A stretch of DNA of 62,494 nucleotides, the filler included, from Choristocarpus tenellus KU-1152 (taxonomy: Eukaryota; Protista; Phaeophyceae): NCBI GenBank assembly GCA_964200185.2. It is 10 parts of 10 records of this genome, joined end to end, with 100 filler letters (N's around TTAATTAATTAA, not from the genome) between each part and the next. Parts side by side here need not be neighbours in the genome. Positions count along the whole stretch, not along the records: positions 1 to 3,680 come from CAXNAD020018551.1; positions 3,781 to 8,451 come from CAXNAD020013529.1; positions 8,552 to 16,347 come from CAXNAD020005568.1; 7 more parts are not named here. One strand, 5' to 3'. The notes beneath the pieces are model-generated. The model was not told the origin of the DNA. It did not search any database and saw only the letters and a list, made by a program, of their open reading frames with translations. This document shows, piece by piece, positions 1 through 11,339 of the stretch; position 1 is the stretch's first letter, and each line of letters begins with the position of its first letter. The translations under genes and the position numbers were made by a program.

Positions 1-47
1 TTCTGCTTCAACAACGCGAAAAAGAAAGAATTTTTGGGCCGAAACGC

Positions 48-96
48 GCCCCCCCCCCCACGCCCCCCCCCCCCCCCCCCCCAGATACTTTGACCC
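48..96 (+). mobile_element. MITE family A, terminal fragment
   Basis: poly-C + CAGATACTTTGACCC, matching the terminus of the complete copy at 32535-32710. Confidence 0.75.
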
Positions 97-813
97 ACTC
101 ACTTAATGTTTTAATATTTGTTTTGTGTGTTGCATTATACTCTCAAGTATAGACTCCTTGAGGTATTCTAGTGCTTTAGTTATTTTATTGATATAGTTTT
201 CACTTAGTTCCGTACATGTTCTTCTCTGTGATATATTCTGTTTGTGTTAGGTGTTTTCAGTACTCCTTTGGTTGTGGTGCTTACAGTTACTTAGCTTAAT
301 TGGCAATAATTCTGCTTGTGGGAGCAACAGCGAACATAGGGACAGTCACAGCTAGAATAAAAATGTGTTACAGCACATAGTACTCCGAGTATGTGTGTAT
401 GTGAGGGTATCTTGAGTGATAAACCCTCCAACAATACTGTGGGGAAGAGGAGGAACTGATTGATTTGATAGCTGTAACCGATCATAGACTATTAATAGGT
501 ATCTGTGTTACCCATGCACCTACAACCAACTGAAGTTACGTCATTTAGCACTAATATTAACAATTATTTCAGGTTGACATTGGTATATGATGGTGAAATT
601 TTTGACTGGTGAAGCATTGATGCTGTTGGTAAGAATTAAGAGGAGAAGTAATCTATAGGTATATTGTCCACAAAGGTATGACAATTTGGTATATGTTTTG
701 GCAAGGAATTTAGATGTGATGTCATTGACTGGCCCCTTCTTGCGTATGCCTGCTGTTCGATACATGAGACTGTTTATATATTTACACCTATATGCTTATA
801 TTACACTTTCCAG

Positions 814-2806
814 GACCTGGTGAGGTGCATGGGGGGGGATAGTTGTGTCACTGAAGAGGACTACAACCACCTGTGTGGCCTGATACAGGCAGCTGACCGG
901 AGGGCCATGAATGCAAATGACGATGATCCATCTGCTGAGGGGAGAGATAGAGACACAAACAATGGTTCCACATCTGTTGTGGGAAGGGTTGAGGACACCC
1001 ACATTGGTGGCATGTTTGTCAACGGGAGAATTGTGGACACCAACAATGACGAGGAATCCGTTGAGGTAAGCACTAGTCTGGGGCATGGTTGATTGTGGGG
1101 CCTATATGGCAACAGTCGCAGGAAAGGGCAATGAACCATGCTTGGAAGTATTATGTGGAATGAAAATATCTTTCCAAAGAATCAATGTATGTCGTGATGT
1201 AGATTAGTGTGATGTTTGTTCATTGACTGCTGTAAAAGTGCTACAATGTTTCTGCCATGAAATGGTTCTTGTTCTTGTTTTCTTGTGTATGTCATCTACA
1301 GATGTATATCATCTACCCCAAATGTACGCAGAAGTGTGGTGTTATTATGAACAGCTTTACATGTTCACATACAGCAGTATGATAGGTAGTATCACACCAG
1401 CACTGGGCAGCCATTAAGCACTGTGTACAATGTTCTTAGTGTGTATAAGTCCTTGAAGACTGTTCTGGTATGATTTTGAAGGGTAATGTGTTTATGCCTT
1501 GTGAGCACAGAATAACTATAGCTGTGCTTGAGGTAAATATTCAACTGGACTTGATATGCTTAGTGTGTAGTCATTGTGTTATTTCCCTCATGAAGTACTG
1601 CAGTGCTGATGGAGATATTTAATGCATGCATGATCTGTGGAGTACTGTGCATTTGGGACTGCTCTGAAGTATGGTATGCTGGTTTGTAAGTGTGCCAGAG
1701 AGATCCCAAACTGGGTGTACTCTATGAGGTGGGTATTGTGCACCCTCAAACTGTGTTGTAGATCGCACTAAAATATACAATTGTTCTGAGCATCAGTAGT
1801 ATTGGCATATATTGCCCTTGAAGGGCAACAAGTAGGCTATTTAATGATGTAGTATGTTGTGCCAGTATGTATGCGGTTTCCTTTGGCCTTGTGGATCTTG
1901 TTTTGTTTGAATGAATGATGTTGGTGTTGGTGTTGGTGTTGGTGGGGGGGCATAGGACCAATTTTTGTTGCACTAAGAAGATAATGGTGGATGTGAATAT
2001 ATGAATTGCACCAGTTTGCTTGATTTAATGGGTTTCCTATTTTCAAAGCTCTAGCCCTAACAAGGACCTGTTCTTTTTGTCACAGTGTAGTGTTGAAGCA
2101 GACTGCAGTGGTACTACATTGTATAGCAACAATATCCCACTCCAGAGTACTTTTTGCATGTATTGTCTTGTGCCTGAAGCTATCAGAGCATGTTACACAT
2201 ATGCAAGCCCTGGGGGAACAGCCCCCTTGTGTTTGTACCCTGTATTAATAGTCCTCTGTTTTATGCCCCTTGCCTGGTAGAACATGGACTGATATCACGT
2301 ATGTGTTGACAATGTCTTGGCAACAGTAGAACTCTGAAATAATTTATTGTTCGTTCAATACACAATAATTTGTTTTGTTTTGCAGGGTACCAAAGTAGCA
2401 ATGGACTTTGAAAAGATGATGGAAGCAATGGCGCAAATGACACCAAATGTTGTTGAGAATGCCACAGGGAGGGGGACACACATGGACCAGGATAGTGGAC
2501 AAAGGGGGATGGAGGGTCTCCAATGCGGAAAAGTTAGCGTAACGGCAATGAATCCAGGACATGCATCAGAGGGGGAAGGGGAAGAGGGTGATAGGGGGAC
2601 ACTGCCCGATGTAGTGATGCAGAATGAAGAGAGTGATTCAAGAAAGATATTGCTTCGCATGCATGAAAGCAATGCCATGACCAGTACTGAGACTGCCATG
2701 ATTTTAATGCTGCTCGTTCAAGAGGTACTTGATGTTGCCAAGAGTAGATCTGGTTGCAGTAGCTGATAAAAAGGAAATGTGATGATTTTGTTGTCTCCAA
2801 TATTAA

Positions 2807-2856
<50 letters not shown>

Positions 2857-3098
2857 ACTCTCACTTGAGATGTAAGATGTAACAGCAAAGTTTGAGATCT
2901 CAGAATAGGGGTGTATCTGTTTGTATCTGTTTGTATCTGTTTGTATCTGTTTGAGGCTATTGGCGTGTATCGGCCTTGAATATATTTGTCTCTTGCCTTG
3001 TTCAGGACCCCAAGACGCTGGCGGCATTTGATGTGTACGAGACTAACAAGGACATGGAGGACCTGGCAGAAACTCTTAAAATACTCACCAACGAGTAA
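814..3098 (+). CDS. Partial multi-exon gene, hypothetical protein with a repeated acidic helical module
   Basis: GT-AG exons 814-1065, 2386-2724 and 3006-3094/3098 join in phase 0 with no stops: DLVRCMGG...EEDYNHLCGLIQAADRRAMNA...; ...SRKILLRMHESNAMTSTETAMILMLLVQE|DPKTLAAFDVYETNKDMEDLAETLKIL. The last exon ends either at TAA 3096-3098 or at a GTAAGT donor at 3095. Confidence 0.6.
2814..2952. repeat. (GA)n microsatellite and (TGTATCTGTT)4 minisatellite in an intron
   Basis: Directly visible at 2814-2853 and 2912-2952. Confidence 0.9.
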
Positions 3099-3612
3099 GT
3101 CCATTTTGTTGGGTCACCTACTAACACCTGTATTATGGCGATAGCAATGATTTTACTACTGTTACTAGTGTTACTAATGTTACTACTGTTACTAATGTGG
3201 TAGGTCTCCCTGGTGTTTGTGGGAGTGTTTGTCTCTACAGCCTTTTATCATCCACTGGAGTACCGTGTAGTTGTCAGGAAGTAGATGTTATTCATGTACA
3301 CTTTTGTGTCAAACAATATTCAATACTTGATACTAGTAGGAGCTATTGTTGTGTAAAGAGTCATTGCAACATTGCAGGCTTAGAGAGAGCCACTATGGTG
3401 TTGTAAGGATAATACAATCTTGATTACAACGCTGTTTCTTTGGCCAACCCAGGACAGGGCATTTGGATGCTCGCAATGTGCTTGTTCATATGTGTTGCAC
3501 AGTCTGATGTCTATTCCCACTCCCCTGCCCACCTACTGCACAACTCCATGCTCATGCTCCCTTTTTATTAGTAGCTCCTTGTTTTCTGATTTTGGGAGCC
3601 GGATTTTTCATT

Positions 3613-3680
3613 GACCCAAAGTATCTGGGGGGGGGGGGTCTACACCAGAGTGTCCATTTTGGACCAAAACCTGGAAAATT
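3613..3680 (+). mobile_element. MITE family A, left half (cut by contig end)
   Basis: GACCCAAAGTATCT-poly-G-TCTACACCAGAGTGTCCATTTTGGACCAAAA aligns to the first part of 32535-32710. Confidence 0.85.
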
Positions 3681-3780
3681 NNNNNNNNNNNNNNNNNNNN
3701 NNNNNNNNNNNNNNNNNNNNNNNNTTAATTAATTAANNNNNNNNNNNNNNNNNNNNNNNNNNNNNNNNNNNNNNNNNNNN
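3681..3780. other. Artificial contig spacer (N44-TTAATTAATTAA-N44)
   Basis: 100-nt N-flanked six-frame stop linker, identical at all nine junctions. Confidence 0.98.
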
Positions 3781-3850
3781 CCAAAAATCGCGACATCAAA
3801 AAATTGACCCCAAATGGACAGCTGCCACCCCCTCCCAGATGCTCTGAGCC
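3781..3850 (+). mobile_element. MITE family A, right half (contig start)
   Basis: CCAAAAATCGCGACATCAAAAAATTGACCCCAAATGGACAGCTGCCACCCCCTCCCAGATGCTCTGAGCC aligns to 32642-32710. Confidence 0.85.
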
Positions 3851-4849
3851 ATTCTTCTTGTAGAACATAGTAGTTGAACGGATCCAGCACTTGGCCTCCT
3901 CTGTGGACAGCATGACGTGCATCTGTTTGCCTGAGCAATCTGACACATTCATTTGTGTCCTGAAACCTTTACCTTCCAGTTCAGTCGCTATCCCCACTAT
4001 TCTGTATGGCAGAATGCTACGTGACACCAGGAAAATGACAGCAGCACAAGCAATCTTCTCCACACCTCTCATGCAGAAAGATTCCACAAACAAGAGTTTT
4101 CTATCCACCAAGGTGGTAGGGTGTGGTTTGTTGACTGAAGTCTGCTTGATCATGCCATCCCATCTCAACACTTTAAATTACAATTTCATTTTGAAGCGCA
4201 TGTGGAACAAAAATGTGCTTATTTAGCTCTTTGTGCCAAGCAAGTCAAGACGACACCCATTCTTCACTGCAGTATTTGACATTGTGAAGCACAATGGCGC
4301 CACAAGGGCACAGCAGCAAGCAGTGTGGGTGCTACTCTTTTGCCTGTAGTGCCTGACTTCATCACCAGCTGTCCACTAGTCTGCAGACAACACCCATAAT
4401 ACAACAATACATAAAAAAAATACTGTCCTTGAGGTGGACAATGTATACCCTCTATTTGACACTCCGACAACAAAAAGAGGAACAGCATGGTGTACACACG
4501 ATAAGAGTTCTTTCACTCTCAGCAATAAAAGGAATGGGGGGTGTACATGGCCATACAGTGAGGCAGTGTCCTAGACATTCAACATCCAATCATTGTTTGA
4601 AATGGTGTTAGAAGGACAAACCTTGAAGCAAGCCAGTCCACCATATCAACTGGGGGTACTTCTTTCAGCACCTCTTGCACAATCACTTTTGCTCCTACAA
4701 TACATTATCCAGGAGCACTTTCAACATCGTACAAAAGTAGAAAATTGCCATCACTCACAATGATCACAGTGCCACACCAAAATGACATACTTTGAGTATA
4801 TATATGTTGCATAAGCGTATCACTCTCAAAATATGGTCTAGAGTGACAG

Positions 4850-7000
4850 GATTCACTACAGTTAGATCCCACAAACTAATACTGTAGTGACCAAGTAAAA
4901 AGAATAAGGCCTTTTACATCATGGTTGCCAGAGAGTCAAACACAAACCGGCAGAGGGGCAACCCACCAGGAATTAAACGTTGTGCCAACATAAATCTCTA
5001 AACAACTTGTTCCAGTGTGGATTTTGATTGGAAATGAAGATGACCCTCAGCACATGGGAATAACATGAACAACATCCTTTATGCAACACCACAGCCAGTA
5101 CAAAATTCTTCAACCAACAACACATCAATGACAACAACAGACCATCTCAACTTGGGCAGGAACACCAACAAGGCCTACGGGGGGTCTCAAAATGCGCCCA
5201 CAATAAGGGGAAAAAGAACAAGAAAAATGGACACAAGCACATCATTGTCATCCCTCCAAAAGATGACGTTTCAATACCCTTGTTCTCCTCTTGCCTTGCA
5301 GCATGCATGCTGCAGGCAACCACTTCCCACTCCCTGCACACACAAGGCTTGATTAAAGAAACCTTCAAAAAAGTCCTGCAAATGCCTACACATCCCTTGC
5401 CTGATTGTTTCGGGTCCTTCCCACAGACCATAGCTATTTACTGTGGCCTTTGAAGATGCTAAGACAAAACACGTAAGACTGTGGAGGAGTATATAACGCA
5501 AAATACATTACTGAACCACAACACTGTAAACAACAACAACCGGTAAAATTACAACAGGGATTATCCATTCTCCCCCGCCCTCCCAATTGATCCGCCCTCC
5601 CTCCTTTTCGTTTCCACTTGACACCGCCTGCCATAAGAATAGAAAAAATAATTCACCAAACCACGCAGCTACAAAACACACAGCCCTTCATCAGACCCTT
5701 TGTCACCTGTCTGCTAACACTCTAGTAACATCTACGTCAGCCACGAGTTGTCCAGCGAGGAACATGCTGAAGCATTGGATGAGAGGGGGGGGGGCAGGGG
5801 GTGGTGCCCTTCCCTTCCCCTTGGCTCCACGTGTAGGCCCTTAGATACTACAGGGTGGTAATGTTGCGGTCGTCGCCTGAAGCAGTTGAGCAATGCTGAG
5901 CAGAAAGTGCTACTCCTCCCAAACTCACCCTGCATCCTTACCCTGCTCAGCTTGCTCGCTGCATGCTTGGTCAATATCTGCAACACACCGAGGAGTCCAA
6001 ATGGTGGCATACAAAGGCGATCGTAAGGACCTCTTGTTCTTAAATCGTAAGGGTTGTGTGTGTGTGTAGGGGGTGCGTGGGGAGTGATAACATGATATAA
6101 ACTAGAGTCTCCCTCTCCCCATAACAGTCCGCAAAACACAATTGTACACTCTAGAAATACACCTCACAGAGCAGGTTGTGAGGAGAGGAATGAACTTGCC
6201 TCCCTGACGACTAACAGCGTAGATTGAGGAGGCAGCTTCTTATTCACCATCAATATGCAGACAACGTGGTTACAGCATAGCAATTAGTACAAACGGGTAT
6301 TCCTGGAGTCCCTACTCAGCAGAAAGCACAAAGAACAAACCTGACATTCTCAATAGTGTATGTATGTTTTTACTTTAGCAGAATCTTCAGCCTTCCCATC
6401 AAGAACCACAATCAGAGTTTCAGATGGTACAACGAGGTGACCAAGAAGTAAAGTGTGCTCTAAACACGCAGAACAACCCCCAAGGCATCAACAACCGAGT
6501 GCAATCCAGAGGGAGGAGAACAAAAAAGCAGCCACCCCCGCCGAGCAACTTCCTAGGGAACCTACCTTCAACTTCAAAACTCCAGGGAAATAGATCAATG
6601 AATATTCACATTTCTCGAGCACAGTCACAAAATACACACCGTTTCTTACTCCCTACCCTCTGCACCACCCCCTGACATGACCTCCTTTGCTCACCTCTGT
6701 GTTTTGCCGTTCCAATGCCGACAGCCTTTCCCTCAACACGGCTGCTTCCCTCCCACACCGGACCTCATTGAATCTTCGTTTGTCCGCTGTGTGTCGGGGT
6801 GGGACATGTGGCGCGTGGGGATTGAGGGTCGAGTAAAACCTGTATGAAATAATAAATAATAAATAATAAATGTGCAAGGGAGTAACACAACCTTCCCATC
6901 ACCAGCCTCTTAACACGCAACTGGTCTCCAATTTCCCCCCTGAGCACATTCCACTCAGCGCCCATTGTCTCTCGTGCCCTTGATAGAACGGCACACTAGA
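4850..7000 (-). mobile_element. Highly decayed Ty3/Gypsy-like LTR retrotransposon remnant (gag to start of RT)
   Basis: Stop-riddled minus-strand frames in the expected order: coiled-coil N-terminus (LRERLSALERQ), gag-like segment (EQEVLTIAFVCHHLDSS...VWEE*HFLLSIAQ), Gly/Arg tract plus Cys cluster (knuckle-like), RT-start-like LIPGGLPLCRFVFDSLATMM*K. Recognised by eye; boundaries approximate. Confidence 0.35.
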
Positions 7001-8451
7001 TGTGGGGTTTACACTGTGCAAGAAACGCCTGAACTTCCACACTTTTTTTCAACATTCTCGAAAAACGCCCCGCATGAAAATACCAAAACCACATGAAGGA
7101 AAAAGAAGCAAAAAGTGAAGAACAGGTAAGTTCAAGACATCAAGCACTACCCACCCTGCCACACTCATTTCTCCAAACTTTTTTTTTTGCCTCAGTAGGC
7201 AACCATCCTGTGCCTCCCCTCAATGTTACTGCTGGATAAGTTTGCTCTCCTATTCATCCCACTCCTTTCGAATGGATGATGACTCTATACCTGAACTGAA
7301 AAATCAGCAACCTTGTGGAGCTAAGCTACAACCGGAAAAATGTACTTGCTGAGGTAAGCCTATGTAAAAATATGATAATGACTTGAGGGGTGGCCAGGTA
7401 CTCTCAACATCAGTCGGGTAATGGCTAGGTAATAGAGGTCAATATCCCAGTCATGCGTACCTTCTTGTCTCTGCTCAAATACTAGCCTCTCTGCCTGCCC
7501 CAGGGCTGCATTTGTTCTAGAAATTTCTTCCTTGAGCTGTGCAACCTCCTCCAGCTGCCGTGACTGGGCCTGTCCTGACTCAGATAACTGAGAGGAGAAA
7601 TGACAGACACCAAGGGCAAGGGAAGGGGGGGTAGGGAGGGAGCAATGGGTAGGGGGTATAGTCTAATGTGCTATTGCGGCACAGAGGTGTCAATATAATC
7701 ATTCAAAAGAAGAGCAAGGTAGTATCTTGAAATTAGTTTACCACATTCATCCACACTCTGAGAATTGAAGCAAACGCTAAAAATCATTCATCAAAATCCC
7801 TCCTCATATACCTTCACCGGTTGCACTGTGCTTCCACCTGCTGAGCATCCTTTCTATATAGTGTTGTGAATCAAAAGCATACATGACATGCGTTCAAATG
7901 GTTGGTCATTTCTTCTGTGTGTTTTACAATGTGATTGGCCAAGACGATCAAAATGACGAGTTCGGCGTGCAATTTCGCGCAGTGCGAATTCACACAAAAA
8001 TATAAAAAATCAATAAATTATTTTTGGTCTGGGCATGAACAGGACGTTATCGGGATTTCCTATGTTCCACAAGACTATTTTATACAAGGGCTGTGAATCA
8101 AAAGGGTGCTGCTTTACATCTACCACCCAGCATCAGCTGAGGTGATACCTGCAAAAAGGGTCTTTAATTCAAGGCATGCCAGAACTAAGTAACACCCAGC
8201 ACTCTATTTGCTATGTGTGGCTTGCTCCTAGCTGACAACAGTTGCATTCGACCCCCTCCAGTTATAAAATGACCATGCACAAACATTGCTGGAATACTAA
8301 CATGTGTTCAAACATTGTAGGAACTTATTCCAGTATTCGGCAATTCCCTGCAGGATGTGGGAGGGGGGGGGGGGTTGAGGACAATGGGGTCGAGACAGCT
8401 TTCTTTCTAGAGGTTTCTGTATATTGGAATTCATCTTGGGTGCTCTCAAGC

Positions 8452-8551
8452 NNNNNNNNNNNNNNNNNNNNNNNNNNNNNNNNNNNNNNNNNNNNTTAAT
8501 TAATTAANNNNNNNNNNNNNNNNNNNNNNNNNNNNNNNNNNNNNNNNNNNN
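8452..8551. other. Artificial contig spacer
   Basis: Same N44-TTAATTAATTAA-N44 linker. Confidence 0.98.
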
Positions 8552-8859
8552 TTTAAGACCGTTTTCGCAAAACAACCATCCTCATAGTCCTGCACCATCC
8601 TCAATTTTGAGAAATCCCTGTTATGTGTGTTGTTATCTCTTCATTCTCTTTCCATTATTTCCCATTTATGTGATGTTGTCACCTGCTGACTAAGGCTCAC
8701 TTGTGGGGGCCCAGGCCTTTCAACCAGACAATCCATGCCAAGTCAAATGAGTTATTCTGAAGGTGCACGCCTCCTGTGAGATTTAAATGACTTCTACACC
8801 CTGTTCAATTCGGTACACTCCATGCCTTCCTTATTGGAATAAATCAGTTGGTAAGCAAT

Positions 8860-9075
8860 ACTCACCCTGAAGAACTTCTCCGCAATTACTCTGAACAGCC
8901 CCCATTCCTCCTTTTAAGACTGACAGGAATGTTGGCTCTCATTCCAGGCAACTTGTGGTCACAGTGGCCTCGTACATAGTCCTTCGCCCGTCCCCAGACT
9001 CTGTCGGGTTCAGTTCATAGTGTTCTGTAAGTGGCTTGAAGAGCATTAAGCCGAGGTCCACCCACGTACCGTTTT
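8860..9075 (-). mobile_element. IS630/Tc1/mariner-type DDE transposase C-terminal remnant
   Basis: LMLFKPLTEHYELNPTE, frameshift, then RVWGRAKDYVRGHCDHKLPGMRANIPVSL; resembles the FLPKFHCELNPIERVWGxAKxYxRxxC motif. Confidence 0.6.
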
Positions 9076-9164
9076 GGAGGTTCCCAATCTTGGTTTTTTG
9101 AAAAGGTTGCCCAACAGGTTAATCGACGATCAGCTTATAAAATAAAAGCTCTGCATCTAGGCTA

Positions 9165-9296
9165 CGCAAAGGAATTCTTTCGGAAAAATATTTCTGGTCG
9201 AGATGATTCATTCCGAACATTTTTCACGATTGTATCTAAAACATTCGGCTAAAATTCAACCTGACCAAAATAATTTTTCGAAATAAATTCTTTCCG
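9165..9296. repeat. Imperfect ~130-bp foldback (degenerate MITE-like palindrome)
   Basis: Left arm AAGGAATTCTTTCGGAAAAATATTTCTGGTCGAGATGATTCATTCCGAACATTTT versus reverse complement of right arm AAAGAATTTATTTCGAAAAATTATTTTGGTCAGGTTGAATTTTAGCCGAATGTTTT. Confidence 0.65.
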
Positions 9297-11339
9297 GAAT
9301 TCGATAGATTAAATCAAGAGGTTTCATTCGACATGCTGATCGTCATTTAACTAGGTGGGCAGCCTAAAAAAAAAATGAAGACTGATCTGATCCTAGAAAT
9401 GGCTGCCAAGACTTTACCTATACACCATGTTACTGCAAATCACAAACAGGAGGTCTGCGTATTTTGTTGTAATTACGTACTGTGAACTGAGGAAACACAT
9501 AATGCCCTACCTAATCATGATACTTCTAATGATGGTAGGCATAGACTACCTACTTCACTCAGTTAATTATGCCACATGTTTAATAATATATAGCAAGTTC
9601 ATCGCGTTTCAACCACATGTAGGCGACAGTAGGGTATACATGCAGAGTGGCAGGACTGGGATAGTGGCGTTTCTATTTCTTGCAAATTTGTTCTACTAAA
9701 CTCACCCTTACAAAATATTAACAGTTTAACACCTTATCCCATGCTTGATACGTGTCTTAGCATCCTTCTGAAAGGACTAGAATGCCACAACTGTAGAAAA
9801 CAAAGAAATCGAATGTTTAATCACGATCGCAAAGTCTACCTCCACGCCACAAGTAGCAGATGTGTCTCAAGAGTCATAGGAGTCTACTACGTACTATGCA
9901 ACACTACCCTCTCAAGATTTAACATGGTTATCATAAAACTGTGAAAAAATTGAGCCTAGGCACTAGGTTCTATCAACCAATTGCTTAATTTTACCTCAAA
10001 AGGTGGTAATAATAGAGGGACATCTCCAGTGGTGCCATCATAGGACAAAGATAGTTTTCTTGCTTGTACATCAACATTCTATATCCAGCCCTGCATGTTT
10101 CAATTGTTGTGTGTGTGTGTGTGTGTATTGCATGAAAGGGCTACTAATACAGATACATTAATGAACTACATTGCACAGATTTGTCATGTACAGATTATGT
10201 TTTCTCACAGACAACATAATGGAGTGGAGAGGAACCATAATTTTACCAACTTTGCTTCTAACTTCACTAAAAAGGCTACAATCGGACTCAAAGGGATGGC
10301 GTGGATGACTAGTCTCTTTGAAGTGAGTAAGATACAGGCAGAAAAATCAGAATTGAAAAAGGGCCACGACCACCATTCACGAACACAATGTAACTTGAAA
10401 GAAACTTGGTGGGAATACTGAAAAAGTTCCTTATGCTAACTGAAAAACAGAGTGCATGCTCTCTCCTGGCTTGATAAATCAGAGCATTGTTAAACCAATT
10501 TGAACCTGAGTGCAGATTATACCATTAATACATGGGTACTAATACGAATTGCTGGTCAACCACAAACACGGATTGACTTCCTCTGACCATAGCCCCAGCA
10601 GGAATGAAGTTAATCACCCCACTTGAAAGTGGGACCTGAGTCGAAAACAGGGAATGCCACCATAGATCGCCCTGATATTGCTTGAGAGGGAGGGTGGGAA
10701 AGGGGATGCACCAGTTCTTTGCACTAGCCTTTGTGCATCATCATGTATCCCACATCCTGCTGAAAATACTCAATTCAAGAGTCCTCTCGTTTTCTCTAGG
10801 AAAACTTCAAAATCAGCAAAGGCAATACATTGAAAAGGTGCATGCAAGCACATACACAAGCTGCATCACCCAGCACATAGGTCCAGTATGTATTTCTGAC
10901 GCGTTCAAGACAATTGACTCTCTCAGCAAGCACTTCGACCCGATCCTCTACACCATATAGGCTTATGGGTCTCTGTGGTTAGCGTTAAATTCCTTGTCAT
11001 CCCAATAGCATACATTCCATCAAATGCACAACACAAACAATACAACTCTCGCTCCCTTTCAACTGCTCTCTCACTAACTGATCAATGCAAACCATCTGAT
11101 CCTATTCTCCACACAAAATTGTACGCAACACATACATACACACAGTCACAAGTTTGACACAGGCCCCCTGAGTCAGACCCCATTTGCCAACCACTAGACC
11201 TAACACAAACCTAACAACACCAAGGGTATAGCTTTGATGTGTCTCACAACTATTGCCTTTGATGGTGAGGATCAAATCAGAAAACATCTCGAGCACAAAT
11301 CAGCTAGAGTCTACTTGTCAAAAAGTGAAGAATCAGTCC

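Noticed and set aside
3725-3736. TTAATTAATTAA as a biological repeat or regulatory motif
   Set aside because: Always centred in exactly 88 Ns; artificial spacer
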